NCBI GenBank assembly: GCA_046074725.1
Contig: JBJTOU010000056.1
Span: 1-64,000 of the forward strand
Reading direction: 5' to 3'
DNA: 64,000 bases
Source of the DNA: Planctomycetia bacterium
GTDB lineage: Bacteria > Planctomycetota > Planctomycetia > Pirellulales > UBA1268
In this document: piece by piece, positions 48,174 through 59,720 of the stretch
Position numbering within the stretch: position 1 is the stretch's first letter
Layout: each line of letters opens with the position of its first letter
Translations under genes and position numbers: made by a program
The notes under the pieces: generated by a model
Told to the model about the DNA's origin: nothing
Databases searched by the model: none
The model's input: only the letters and a program-made list of their open reading frames with translations

Positions 48174-50230
48174 TGACGGGCGGAATACCGCTCCTTGCGG
48201 CCGAGGCGGGGCTGCCATGGATTCTGCAGCCATCGAACTGGTGGGTCATCCTGCAGGTCGCCGGCGGCCTGGGTTTCGTGATCTTCGTGCACGAACTGGG
48301 TCACTTCCTCGTCGCGAAGGCCTGCGGCGTGAAGTGCGAGAAGTTTTATCTCGGCTTCGACATCGCGGGATTGAAGCTCGCGAAGTTCCAGTGGGGCGAG
48401 ACGGAATACGGGATCGGCGCGCTCCCCCTGGGGGGCTACGTGAAGATGCTCGGCCAGGATGACAACCCTGCCGCGGCGGCTCGCGAGGCGCAGCGGGCCA
48501 AGCACGCACAGTACGCCGGCGACCTCCCTCCCGAGCCGACGAGCGATCCACATCCCGCCTGGGATCCGCGGAGTTATCCCGCGCAGAGCGTTCCCAAGCG
48601 GATGGCGACCATTTCGGCGGGCGTGGTCATGAACGTGATCTTCGCGATCCTCATGGCGTCGCTCGCCTTCCACCGAGGCGTCGAGGAGATGACCTGCGAG
48701 ATCTCGAGCGTCCGTCCGGGCGGCGCGGCATGGCGGGCGGGCCTGCGCACCGGCGACGAGATCACCGCCATCGGCAGCCGTACCAACCCGATCTTTTCCG
48801 ACCTTCGCAACGGCGTGACGCTCGGCGACGTGGAGCGCGGCGTGCCCTTCACGATCCGGCGGCCGAGCGATGCCACCACGCGATCGGTGGTGCTCCATCC
48901 CGACACCGATCTCGGCGTGCCCACCGTCGGCGTCACGAGCCCCTTCTCGCTGGCGCTGCCCGACGACATCTCGCCCCGGCTGCCTGGCGCGGCGGCCGAA
49001 GCCCGTCCGGCGTTCATGGCCGGCGACACGATCCGGGCGGTCGATGGGTCCCCCGTGGCCAACTATGCCGAACTGATCGCGGCGCTTTCCCAGGCTCCCA
49101 ACAAGCCGGTGGCTCTCACCGTCGAGCGTGCCGAGCACGGCGACGGTGAGAGTGTGGGCGAGCTGAAGATTGAACTGCCGCCGCAGCGCCGGCGGACGCT
49201 CGGCATCGTGATGGCGGCGGGCCCGGTGCGGGCCTTGCAGGCCGATTCGCCCGCCGAGGCTGCGGGCATCCGCCCCGGCGACCGCATCGTGGCGATCGCC
49301 GGTGAGCCGGTCGGCGACCCGCTCTCGCTCGATGCCCGGCTTCGCGGCAGGGAGGGAGAGGCGATCACGGTCGAACTGATCCACGAATCGACCGAGCGCA
49401 CCGCGGTCACGCTGACCCCTCGCGCGGTGACATGGATCGAGGAGCCGCGATGGCCGGCCAGCCAGGTGGCGATCTCCTCGCTCGGCATCGCGTTGGCCGT
49501 CGGCACCGTCGTCGATTCCATCGAGCCTGGAAGTCCGGCCGAAGCGGCGGGCGTGAAGCCGGGCGAACGGCTGCGCCGGGCCCGGTTCGTCGAGCGAGAC
49601 TCGACCGATCCCGCCGATGCGGGCCTAGAGCTTTCCGAGCAATCCCCGAGCTGGCCCTATGTGATGGCGGTGCTGCAGCAGACGGCCCCCGACACGCGGG
49701 TGCAGTTGGTCGTGGAGGGCTCCGACGGACTGGCCCGCGATGTCGAACTCGATCCGTCGGAGATGATCGACCGGTTCGTCCTGGATCGCGGCCTCGTCTT
49801 CAAGCCGGTCTACCGGCTGATGAAGGCTGGCTCGTGGGCGGCGGCGCTGGCCGGAGGCGGCCGCAAGGCGATGGAGGATCTCTCGCTCGTCTACCGGTTC
49901 CTCGGCAAGCTCACCAGCAGCCAGATCAGCCCGCGGCTCCTGGGGGGGCCGATCGAGATCGCCAAGCAGGCGGGACGCTCCGCGCAGGAAGGTTTCAGCC
50001 GGCTGCTGTTGTTCCTCACGATGCTCAGCGCGAACCTGGCGGTCGTCAATTTCCTGCCGATTCCGGTGCTCGACGGCGGGCACATGGTCTTCCTGCTCTA
50101 CGAACTCGTTCGTGGCAAGCCGCCGAGCGAGAACGTCGTCGCCGCGCTCTCATATCTCGGCCTCGCGATCATTCTCACGTTGATGATGTTCGTGTTCGGG
50201 CTCGATCTCGGGTTGATTCCGAGGCGGTGA
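48164..50230 (+). CDS. rseP: RIP site-2 metalloprotease RseP (M50 family) with an expanded PDZ region
   Basis: HELGHFLVAKACGV (HExxH). Several PDZ-like segments (GDEITAIG, GDTIRAVDG, GDRIVAIAG, GERL). C-terminal NLAVVNFLPIPVLDGGH. The start overlaps the dxr stop. Confidence 0.9.
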   Translation: MCLMTGGIPLLAAEAGLPWILQPSNWWVILQVAGGLGFVIFVHELGHFLVAKACGVKCEKFYLGFDIAGLKLAKFQWGETEYGIGALPLGGYVKMLGQDDNPAAAAREAQRAKHAQYAGDLPPEPTSDPHPAWDPRSYPAQSVPKRMATISAGVVMNVIFAILMASLAFHRGVEEMTCEISSVRPGGAAWRAGLRTGDEITAIGSRTNPIFSDLRNGVTLGDVERGVPFTIRRPSDATTRSVVLHPDTDLGVPTVGVTSPFSLALPDDISPRLPGAAAEARPAFMAGDTIRAVDGSPVANYAELIAALSQAPNKPVALTVERAEHGDGESVGELKIELPPQRRRTLGIVMAAGPVRALQADSPAEAAGIRPGDRIVAIAGEPVGDPLSLDARLRGREGEAITVELIHESTERTAVTLTPRAVTWIEEPRWPASQVAISSLGIALAVGTVVDSIEPGSPAEAAGVKPGERLRRARFVERDSTDPADAGLELSEQSPSWPYVMAVLQQTAPDTRVQLVVEGSDGLARDVELDPSEMIDRFVLDRGLVFKPVYRLMKAGSWAAALAGGGRKAMEDLSLVYRFLGKLTSSQISPRLLGGPIEIAKQAGRSAQEGFSRLLLFLTMLSANLAVVNFLPIPVLDGGHMVFLLYELVRGKPPSENVVAALSYLGLAIILTLMMFVFGLDLGLIPRR

Positions 50231-50248
50231 ACGGCACGAACCGGGATC

Positions 50249-50899
50249 GTGGGAGCCGCGGCCGCGATGAAGGATGAACCCGTCACCGACAACGGCATGG
50301 CCGACGGCGGCCCGTTGTTCGACGATCTGGACGCCGCCAACCGCGAGATCGCGCGGCTCGCGCAGCTTGCCATCCGCGATCCGCTCACGGGTCTCTTCAA
50401 CAGACGTCTGATGGAAGAGGAACTGGCCCGGCAGATCGACCGGGCGGTGAGGGAGGGCCGGCCGCTGGCGGTGGCGGTGCTCGATCTCGACGACTTTCGC
50501 TCCTACAACCAGAGGCACGGCCACCGCGCGGGCGATCAGGCGCTGCGGCAGACGGCGACACTCGTGCAAGGCTTTCGCCTGGGGACCGACATCGCCTGTC
50601 GCTACGGGGGCGACGAATTCGTGCTCATGATGCCCGACGCCACTGCCACCGATGCGGCGGCACGGCTCGAGCCGCTGCGGGCCGCGATCGCCGCGATGCC
50701 GATCCATCACGAGGGGCGGCTCCTCGACCCCGTCACCATCTCGATCGGCATCGCCGATTTCCCGAAGCACGCGGCGACTGCTGCCGCCCTCTTCGACGCG
50801 GCCGACGCGGCGGTGTATCGTGCCAAGAGGAACGGGCACGACCGGGTCGAATCGGCGGGCGGCATGCCATCACCGGCCGATTCGTCGAACGACGCCTGA
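50249..50899 (+). CDS. Diguanylate cyclase (GGDEF domain)
   Basis: DPLTGLFNRR, LDLDDFRSYNQRHGHRAGD, RYGGDEFVLMM and AVYRAKRNGHDRV. The start is GTG 50249 or ATG 50267. Confidence 0.85.
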   Translation: MGAAAAMKDEPVTDNGMADGGPLFDDLDAANREIARLAQLAIRDPLTGLFNRRLMEEELARQIDRAVREGRPLAVAVLDLDDFRSYNQRHGHRAGDQALRQTATLVQGFRLGTDIACRYGGDEFVLMMPDATATDAAARLEPLRAAIAAMPIHHEGRLLDPVTISIGIADFPKHAATAAALFDAADAAVYRAKRNGHDRVESAGGMPSPADSSNDA

Positions 50900-50920
50900 C
50901 CACTCGGGAAGACTGCCTGC

Positions 50921-52834
50921 ATGGATGACAGGGTCACGATCTCATTCACCGGAAGCGATCCCAACCGGCGCCGTCCGACTGCGGACGATGCGACGGCGTT
51001 CCGCATCGACGCCGGCGAAGGGACGGACTGGAGGCCGCTCGAATCACAGGCGGAAGGGGGGCTCGGCAGGCGGTATCTCATCGGACGGGAACTCGGCCGC
51101 GGCGGCATGGGAATCGTCAGCGAGGGTTGGGATCCCCATCTGCAGCGGTCAGTCGCCATCAAGATCATGGATCGCGGCTTGCAGGCACGGCCGTCGGCGC
51201 TGCAGCGGTTCTTCCGCGAGGCTCGCATCGCCAGCCGCCTCGGGCATCCGGGGATCGTCACGATCCATGAGTTCGACGTCACGCCCGAGGGTGAGGCCTT
51301 CATCGTCATGCAACTGCTGACGGGCAGGACTCTCAAGCGGGTGCTCGCCGAGACATCCGAACGGGCGGCCGACCTGCCGGCCCTGCTGGCGGTGTTTCTC
51401 CAGGTCTGCCAGGCGGTGGCCAGCGCCCACGGTGCCGGTGTGATCCACCGGGACTTGAAGCCATCCAACATCATGGTCGCCTCGTTCGGTGTGGTGACCG
51501 TGATGGACTGGGGCGTGGCGAAGGTGATCGCCGAAACCGACGATCTCGTCGATGACATGGCGGCGACGGTGCCCGTCGGCATGGCGACGGCGGAGACGAC
51601 GCAGTCGCAAAGCACGATGGCGGGAACCGTCTTCGGCACTCCGGCGTACCTCGCGCCCGAGCAGGCACGGGGCGAAGTGAGCACACTCGACTGCCGGGCC
51701 GACGTGTTCGGCCTCGGAAGCATCCTGTGCGAGATCCTCACCGGGTCGGCGACCTTCACGGATGCCGACGTGGACTCCCGATGGAAGAAGGCGGCCGCCG
51801 GCGACACCGTCGAGGCACTCGAGCGGCTCGACGCATGCGGTGCGCCGCTGCCGATCGTGGCGCTGGCCAAGCGGTGCCTCGCGGTCGATCCGGATCAGCG
51901 GCCGGCCACTGCGGCCGACGTCGCGACGACGCTCACAGAGTTTCTCGAATCGGGACAGCGACGGGCGGAGCAGGAACTCGTGCGATTCTTCGAACTTTCC
52001 GTCGATCTCTTCTGCATCGCGGGCTTCAATGGCCGCTTTCACAGGCTGAACGAGAACTTTTCGCGGAGGCTCGGCTATTCGGTCGATGACCTGAAGTCGC
52101 ACGAGTTCATCGATCTGGTTCATCCCGACGACCGTCCGCCGACGATCCATGCCCTCGCGGAACTCGCCGCCGGCCTGCCGGTGAGCCAGTTCGTGAACCG
52201 CTATCGGCATGCCGACGGCGGATACCTCTGGCTGGAATGGAACGCCCGACCGGTGCCGGAGGAGGCGGCCGTCTACGCCGTGGCCCGCGACGTGAGCGAC
52301 CGTGTGGCGGCCGCCGAAATCCGGAGCCGAATGGAACAGGAGCGATCCACGCTCGCGGCATTCGCCGCCGCAGCCGGGCTTTTCCTGACGGCACCAGGCT
52401 CGCTGTCGGAGCGGATGCAGGATGTCGTGGAGGAGGGCGTGGCGCAGCTTGGCGTCATGGCGATGGAGGTCTGGGCGCTCGCCGCCGAGACGGGCCGACT
52501 GGCCCTGCTCGCAGCGGCCGGACCCGAGATCGAGCTGCGGGTACGACAGGATGGAATCGCCATCGGCGAGCGGCTCGTGGGGACGATCGCCCGCGACCTG
52601 CAGCCGCGTCAGGTCGTCGCCGGCAGCGAGGCCTGGCGAACCATCGACGCCACCGCGATTGAATCGCTGGGCATCGGCAGTGTTGTCGGCTATCCGCTGC
52701 TCGTCGCCGGCCGGCCGGTCGGCGTGCTGGCGGTCTACGCGGAAGGACCGATCTCGGATCTGCTGGTCACGGCGATGAGCGCGACCCTGGCGAGCCTCGC
52801 GCTGGCGATCGCCGCCGCGAACGGCTCGACGTGA
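50921..52834 (+). CDS. Ser/Thr protein kinase with C-terminal PAS and GAF-like domains
   Basis: LGRGGMGIVSEG, AIK, HRDLKPSNIMV, DWGVAK and GTPAYLAPEQ. PAS segment DLFCIAGFNGRFHRLNENFSRRLGYSVDDL...YRHADGGYLWLEWNA. GAF-like tail. Confidence 0.9.
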   Translation: MDDRVTISFTGSDPNRRRPTADDATAFRIDAGEGTDWRPLESQAEGGLGRRYLIGRELGRGGMGIVSEGWDPHLQRSVAIKIMDRGLQARPSALQRFFREARIASRLGHPGIVTIHEFDVTPEGEAFIVMQLLTGRTLKRVLAETSERAADLPALLAVFLQVCQAVASAHGAGVIHRDLKPSNIMVASFGVVTVMDWGVAKVIAETDDLVDDMAATVPVGMATAETTQSQSTMAGTVFGTPAYLAPEQARGEVSTLDCRADVFGLGSILCEILTGSATFTDADVDSRWKKAAAGDTVEALERLDACGAPLPIVALAKRCLAVDPDQRPATAADVATTLTEFLESGQRRAEQELVRFFELSVDLFCIAGFNGRFHRLNENFSRRLGYSVDDLKSHEFIDLVHPDDRPPTIHALAELAAGLPVSQFVNRYRHADGGYLWLEWNARPVPEEAAVYAVARDVSDRVAAAEIRSRMEQERSTLAAFAAAAGLFLTAPGSLSERMQDVVEEGVAQLGVMAMEVWALAAETGRLALLAAAGPEIELRVRQDGIAIGERLVGTIARDLQPRQVVAGSEAWRTIDATAIESLGIGSVVGYPLLVAGRPVGVLAVYAEGPISDLLVTAMSATLASLALAIAAANGST

Positions 52835-52843
52835 GCCACCGCC

Positions 52844-54655
<1,812 letters not shown>

Positions 54656-54664
54656 GACGCGATT

Positions 54665-55702
54665 CTACACGCCCGCACGAGAAGCGAGACGGGCGAGGCC
54701 GGCGGCGCCGATGGCACCGGCATCTCCGCCGAGGCTGGCGTAGCGGATCACCGTGGCGGCGGCCAGCGTGGGAAAGGTGCGGCGATGCACCTCGGCGCGG
54801 ACCCGATCGAGGAAACTGCGGCCCACCGGGTCATCCTCGCGGCCGAAGGTCATCGCGCCGCCTATGATCACCACCTCCGGGTCGATCGTGTGCATGAACG
54901 ACACGATCCCGATACCGAGCCAGCGGGCGACCTCCATCACGAGCCGGTGGGCCAGCGGGTCGCCGGCCCCGGCCTCGCGGGCGATGAGGATCGGCGTGAT
55001 CTCGGCCCCGGCGGCGACGGCCGCAGCCAGGCTTCCGGAGCCCCCGGCATCGATCGCTTCCCGGGCCATCCGCACAAGCGACGTCGCGCTGCAATAGGCC
55101 TCGAGATGCCCCGGCTGCCCGCACGGGCAGCGTCTGGCCGAGTCGGACGGATCGACGATGAGGTGGCCGCATTCGGAACCGTGACTGTGGGCGCCCTCGA
55201 CGTTGACGTCGCCGATGATGATCCCTCCGCCCACTCCCGTGCCGAGCGTGAGCATCACGAGGCTGCCGCATCCGCGGCCCGAGCCCACCCAGAATTCGCC
55301 GTAGGCGGCGGCGTTGGCGTCGTTGGCGAACGTCACGTCGCGGCCGCAGTGAACGGCGACCCGATCCCGCAGCGGAAAGTCGTCCCAGCCGGGCAGATTG
55401 CCCGCCTGCACGATCGTGCCGCGGGGGATGTCGAGGGGGCCGGGCGAGCCGAGCCCCACGCGGGCGATCTCGGTCGTGGCGATCCCCAGTTCGGCGGCCA
55501 TCGCGTGCACGCCCTTTCCCATCCGGGCGGCCGCGTGTTCGGGGCCATCGCCAGCGCGGGTGGTCTCGGAGCGGAAGGCGAGCACATTCCCCTGGTCATC
55601 GACGATGGCGGACTTAATGTTCGTGCCCCCGAGGTCGATCCCCGCGAACAACGGACGGATCGCCCGGGAGAGCGGCAGCAGTTCGTGCTCGTGTGCCATC
55701 AT
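54665..55702 (-). CDS. ROK family sugar kinase (glucokinase-like)
   Basis: GIDLGGTNIKSAIVD, LGTGVGGGII, and the ROK Zn motif GHLIVDP...RRCPCGQPGHLEAY. Confidence 0.85.
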   Translation of the reverse strand: MMAHEHELLPLSRAIRPLFAGIDLGGTNIKSAIVDDQGNVLAFRSETTRAGDGPEHAAARMGKGVHAMAAELGIATTEIARVGLGSPGPLDIPRGTIVQAGNLPGWDDFPLRDRVAVHCGRDVTFANDANAAAYGEFWVGSGRGCGSLVMLTLGTGVGGGIIIGDVNVEGAHSHGSECGHLIVDPSDSARRCPCGQPGHLEAYCSATSLVRMAREAIDAGGSGSLAAAVAAGAEITPILIAREAGAGDPLAHRLVMEVARWLGIGIVSFMHTIDPEVVIIGGAMTFGREDDPVGRSFLDRVRAEVHRRTFPTLAAATVIRYASLGGDAGAIGAAGLARLASRAGV

Positions 55703-55708
55703 GCCGCC

Positions 55709-57061
55709 TTACTCGGGGAGGCGGCTGGTTTCAACCGTTGGCGTGGGCCCTGTACAGGCTTTCATGAACTCGACGAGGTCGGCCTTCTCGTCCGCCGTGA
55801 GATTGAGCGGACGGATCTTGTCGCTCAAGTTGGGGTTGGGATGGCCGCCCTTGTCATACCACTCCACCACCTCCTCGAGCGTGGCCTGTGAGCCGTCGTG
55901 CATGTAGGGAGCCGTGAGGGCGACATTGCGGATCGTCGGGGTCTTGAACGCCCCGGTGTCCTTGGGATCGCTCGAGATGGCAAAGCGGCCGACGTCGGGG
56001 TTGGGCTGGTCCATGCCGACTCCGATGTTGTGGAACTTTTCGTCGGTGAGGTTGGCCCCCACGTGGCAGGCGGAGCAGTTGCCCTTCTCCGTGAAGAAGA
56101 TTTCGCGACCACGCCTGGCCGATTCCGACATGGGGCTTTTTTCCAGGGCGGCCTTCGTCTCGGCATACTTCAGCGCCAGGTCGGGATCCTCGGAGATGTC
56201 ATGCTGGTCGAGGCCCTCGAACGACCGCAGCTGCTCGTTGAAGTCGTACGGGGACGGCCCCGTGACGATCGCTCGCTCGAAGACCGCGATCGCTTCGCCG
56301 ACTCTTGCGATCGTGAGTTCGCCGAAGATCTTTTCGAATTGCTTTCGGTAGACGGGAATCTCACCGAGCCGATTCACGACACCCTCGTGGGAGAAGCCCA
56401 TCTCGATCGGGTTTTGGATGGGGCCGATGGCCTGAGCCTCGAGCGAATCAGCTCGGCCGTCCCAGAACTGGGCGCCGGACAAGATCCGGTTGAATGACAC
56501 AGGCGAGTTGCGGCCCCCCTTCTGGCCCTTGATGCCGACGCCGGTCTTCGTGTGGGCCGTATAGCCCATCGACGGGTCGTGGCAGCTCGCGCAGCTGATG
56601 GTCGAATCGAGCGAGAGCCGCGGATCGAAATAGAGCTGCCGTCCGAGTTCGATCTTGGCACGGGTCATCGGGTTTTTGCCGGGTCCTTTCATCTGGTGCA
56701 TCCCCTGGGCAAGCCCGAAGGGCAGATTCACATCGAACTCGACGAGGTTTTTCGGATTGGAGAGCCATGCGTCGATCTGCTCCAGCGTGATGGGGCCGCT
56801 ACCCGGCACACCGGCCGTCAGCGACGGGGTGCCGAGCGTGACGATCTCGCGCGGCTCCACCGCGACCGGGGGCGGTTCCGTCTTCGCAACGGTCTCGGGT
56901 GGCATCGACTCGATGACCTCCACCTCGACGACCTGGCTTGTCGGATTGCCATCGCCCACGGGGGCGCAGCCCACGCCTCCCAGGATCAGCACGGCGGCCG
57001 CCAGGGCCGCGATCGAGCGGGACAGTCCTTTGATCGGATGGCGTGACGGGATGGGTCGCAT
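55709..57061 (-). CDS. Di-haem cytochrome c peroxidase (CCP/MauG family) lipoprotein
   Basis: Lipobox LGGVGC. Two CxxCH sites (CASCHD, CSACHV). PTIRNVALTAPYMHDGS. Confidence 0.9.
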   Translation of the reverse strand: MRPIPSRHPIKGLSRSIAALAAAVLILGGVGCAPVGDGNPTSQVVEVEVIESMPPETVAKTEPPPVAVEPREIVTLGTPSLTAGVPGSGPITLEQIDAWLSNPKNLVEFDVNLPFGLAQGMHQMKGPGKNPMTRAKIELGRQLYFDPRLSLDSTISCASCHDPSMGYTAHTKTGVGIKGQKGGRNSPVSFNRILSGAQFWDGRADSLEAQAIGPIQNPIEMGFSHEGVVNRLGEIPVYRKQFEKIFGELTIARVGEAIAVFERAIVTGPSPYDFNEQLRSFEGLDQHDISEDPDLALKYAETKAALEKSPMSESARRGREIFFTEKGNCSACHVGANLTDEKFHNIGVGMDQPNPDVGRFAISSDPKDTGAFKTPTIRNVALTAPYMHDGSQATLEEVVEWYDKGGHPNPNLSDKIRPLNLTADEKADLVEFMKACTGPTPTVETSRLPE

Positions 57062-57133
57062 GGCTCACCTGCAGAACGGGTCAGGAGAATGATTCGGAAA
57101 GGGCCGCTGGGAAACCGGAGGATTTTAGCCCCC

Positions 57134-57631
57134 TCATGCCCGCTCGACCATGCCAGCGGTGGCCAGCCATTCCAGTTCGCCCGGGTGCCCAGGACCGTCC
57201 TCGAGGCAAATCGATGCGACCGCGCCCTTCTGCATCCGGATGGCCGCCGAGCCGTCGCCGATCGTGAGCGCCACCAGCCGGCCGACGCATGGCGCATGGC
57301 CCACCCAGGCCACGCGGGCGGCATCCTGATGGATCGTCCATTCGACGAGGGCCTGCCAATCGGCGCCCGGCGCCAGGGCCTCGAGCACGTCCACCTGTGT
57401 CTCGATGCCGAACACCTCCGCCATGATCGCCGCCGTCTCGCGGGTTCGCACCAGCGGGCTGGTGGCGATCCGATCGACCTGCATGCCGGCAGCCCCCAAG
57501 TGGGCGATGAACTTCTCGAACCGCTTGCGGCCCTTCTTGGTGAGCGGCCGCGAGGCGTCGTCGCCATCGGGACCGACATCCTCGGCCCATGCATGGCGGA
57601 CGACATACAGATGCGTGGGGATCGTGGTCAT
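57134..57631 (-). CDS. sixA: Phosphohistidine phosphatase SixA (histidine phosphatase superfamily)
   Basis: LYVVRHAWAE (RHA motif) and SPLVRTRETA...VGHAP. The start was set at ATG 57631. Confidence 0.75.
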   Translation of the reverse strand: MTTIPTHLYVVRHAWAEDVGPDGDDASRPLTKKGRKRFEKFIAHLGAAGMQVDRIATSPLVRTRETAAIMAEVFGIETQVDVLEALAPGADWQALVEWTIHQDAARVAWVGHAPCVGRLVALTIGDGSAAIRMQKGAVASICLEDGPGHPGELEWLATAGMVERA

Positions 57632-57668
57632 GGGGCGATTGTGGTCGCCGCGGCATCCAGGGGCAAGG

Positions 57669-58643
57669 TCACGCCCGTCGCCAGAGGGCGTCGTCGTGAA
57701 TGCCGGCAGCTGCGACGGCGGCGGCGGCGGCATGCCGCCACCGCGCGGCATCGACGGGATACCCGGCGGTGGGTGCGAGGCCGGGCGCCCGCGCCGACCA
57801 GAAGGCGTTGAATGCCTGCATCGACAGTTCGCGGACATACTTCGCCGTCATGCTCGCCAGCGCCACGGGCCCCCGATCTTCACCCCCCACAGAGAACTCG
57901 ATGCGGCACCGGGCCGATGGCAGATGGTAGGCCGACCGCTCGGCCGTCTCCACGATCGGGCTGACCAGCGGGCACTCGAAATGACGCGACACGAGCGTCG
58001 CGTAGTGTTTCCGGCCGCCGTGGCGGTCGCACCAGATCACGGCCGGAGCATCGACCGCGCGGCGAAGGTCGGCCGCCAGGCCGAGCGTGACCTGCGAGAG
58101 GATGTCGGACTTGTTGAGCCCGTCGTCGAGCAAGGCGTTGAATTCACGGGGATGCACGAGCCGGCATGCAACGCGCTCGAGCGACACGCCCGTTCGAGCG
58201 AGCGCTTCGAGGATCCGGCCGGCCCGCGGCATGCAGCCAGGGATGTCGAGTGCCAAGGGCAGGGGTGTCGCCGTGAGCGCGGGCCACTCCGGAGGCGGGG
58301 CCGGATCGTCAGCGATGCCAAGCATCGCCGCAAGCGCATCCCACCCATCGGGCATGCGGCCAGTCGCCATCGCGATCGCCGTGAGCACGCCGGCCTCGAG
58401 CGCGGCCAGCCCGCGCGTGGCGTTCCTGCCGCCGCCCCGATAGATCCTCTTCGAGTCCGACCAGAGCGGGCGGGTGGTTCCCGCCTCGGGATCGGCCGCC
58501 CGAGCGGCGCCGTCGATCGCGCCGTCGAGCACGGCCTCCGCATGGTCCGTATCAGCCGCCACGCGCCACGCCGACGCGGCGACCACCAGCGGCCCGAGGT
58601 TCGGGCCGTAGCCAGCCTCGTCGGTGCCGATCACGAGCGTCAT
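57669..58643 (-). CDS. RNase HII-like protein (RNase H2 family core with an internal expansion)
   Basis: MTLVIGTDEAGYGPNLGPLVVAA (compare GxDEAGRGPLAGPVV), DSKRI, and ASMTAKYVRELSM (compare ASIxAKVxRD). At 324 aa it is longer than canonical RnhB. The ATG overlaps the upstream stop (ATGA). Confidence 0.5.
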   Translation of the reverse strand: MTLVIGTDEAGYGPNLGPLVVAASAWRVAADTDHAEAVLDGAIDGAARAADPEAGTTRPLWSDSKRIYRGGGRNATRGLAALEAGVLTAIAMATGRMPDGWDALAAMLGIADDPAPPPEWPALTATPLPLALDIPGCMPRAGRILEALARTGVSLERVACRLVHPREFNALLDDGLNKSDILSQVTLGLAADLRRAVDAPAVIWCDRHGGRKHYATLVSRHFECPLVSPIVETAERSAYHLPSARCRIEFSVGGEDRGPVALASMTAKYVRELSMQAFNAFWSARAPGLAPTAGYPVDAARWRHAAAAAVAAAGIHDDALWRRA

Positions 58644-59167
58644 GCGCCGGTGCCTGCGCCGCCGGCCGCGGTTCCAGGATGCTGCCGGCAGTATTCGTAG
58701 ATGGCGATCGAGGCCGAGGTCGCGGCATTGAGGCTGTGCGGCATGCCCGCCATCGGGATCTCGGCGACGCGGTCGAGCTTTGCCAGCACGTCGGGCTCCA
58801 GCCCCGTGCGCTCGTTGCCGACGACCAGCACCGTCCGTGCGGCGAAGGAGAACGCGGCGAGGCTCTCTGAGTTCGTCGTCTGCTCGAGCCCCACCAGTTC
58901 GTAGCCGTCGGCCCGCAACCGGTCGAGCACCGGGGGCAGGCTGCGATGCACCTCGAACTCCACCGCGTCGGCTCCGTCGCGGGCGATCCTGTCGTCGAGC
59001 CGCGCCGCGCCGCAGGCGATGACGCGACGGATGCCGAAACAGCCGCAGGTGCGTACGATGTGCGAAAGATTTACATGGCTGCGCATGGGCGCGCAGGCGA
59101 CGACGAGCTGCCGCGGCGGCTCGGGCGGCACAGGAGGCTTGTGACGGATGTGCTCGAAGCGTGGCAT
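58640..59167 (-). CDS. SpoU/TrmH family RNA 2'-O-methyltransferase
   Basis: VLVVGNERTGLEPDVL, EIPMAGMPHSLNAATSASIAIYE. The start is ATG 59167 or 59182. Confidence 0.8.
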   Translation of the reverse strand: MPRFEHIRHKPPVPPEPPRQLVVACAPMRSHVNLSHIVRTCGCFGIRRVIACGAARLDDRIARDGADAVEFEVHRSLPPVLDRLRADGYELVGLEQTTNSESLAAFSFAARTVLVVGNERTGLEPDVLAKLDRVAEIPMAGMPHSLNAATSASIAIYEYCRQHPGTAAGGAGTGA

Positions 59168-59720
59168 GGAGTGGGCCGGCATTATGACATTCCTCGTCGC
59201 CTGCTGCGGATGCGGCACGGCCCCGCCGGCCGGCGACCGCGAGGGGGCGGCATCGCCGGACATCGCCGTGCGACTGGTCGATCATGACGAGATCGAGGCG
59301 GAACGGGCCAAGCATCTGGGCAGGGTCGTGGTGCTCGACTGCTGGAGCACGTCGTGCCCGCCGTGCGTCAGGGAGTTTCCCGGGCTTGTGGCCCTCGAGC
59401 AGCGGTTCGGCGATCGCGTCGCCTGCCTCTCGCTCTCGTTCGACTACGAGGGGATCGGGTCGCCGGAGGAGGTGGTGCCCCGGGTCGAGGACTTCCTGCA
59501 CGACGTCGGGGCCGGTGGAATCGTGAACCTCGTGGCGCGCGAGGATGCCGACGTGCTCTCCAAAAAGATGGAGATCGCAAGCGTGCCGGTGGTCTTCGTC
59601 TGGAGGCCCGATGGCACGCTGGCGCGGCGGTTCGACGACGACATGGCCGCGAGGGAACTGGGACGGGCCTTCACCTACGATGATGTGACGGCGGTCGTGG
59701 AGGAGAGTCTGGGCCGTTGA
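59148..59720 (+). CDS. TlpA/thioredoxin-like thiol:disulfide oxidoreductase lipoprotein
   Basis: Signal with lipobox MCSKRGMEWAGIMTFLVAC. Active site DCWSTSCPPCVREFP. The start is ATG 59148, 59166 or 59184. Confidence 0.7.
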   Translation: MCSKRGMEWAGIMTFLVACCGCGTAPPAGDREGAASPDIAVRLVDHDEIEAERAKHLGRVVVLDCWSTSCPPCVREFPGLVALEQRFGDRVACLSLSFDYEGIGSPEEVVPRVEDFLHDVGAGGIVNLVAREDADVLSKKMEIASVPVVFVWRPDGTLARRFDDDMAARELGRAFTYDDVTAVVEESLGR

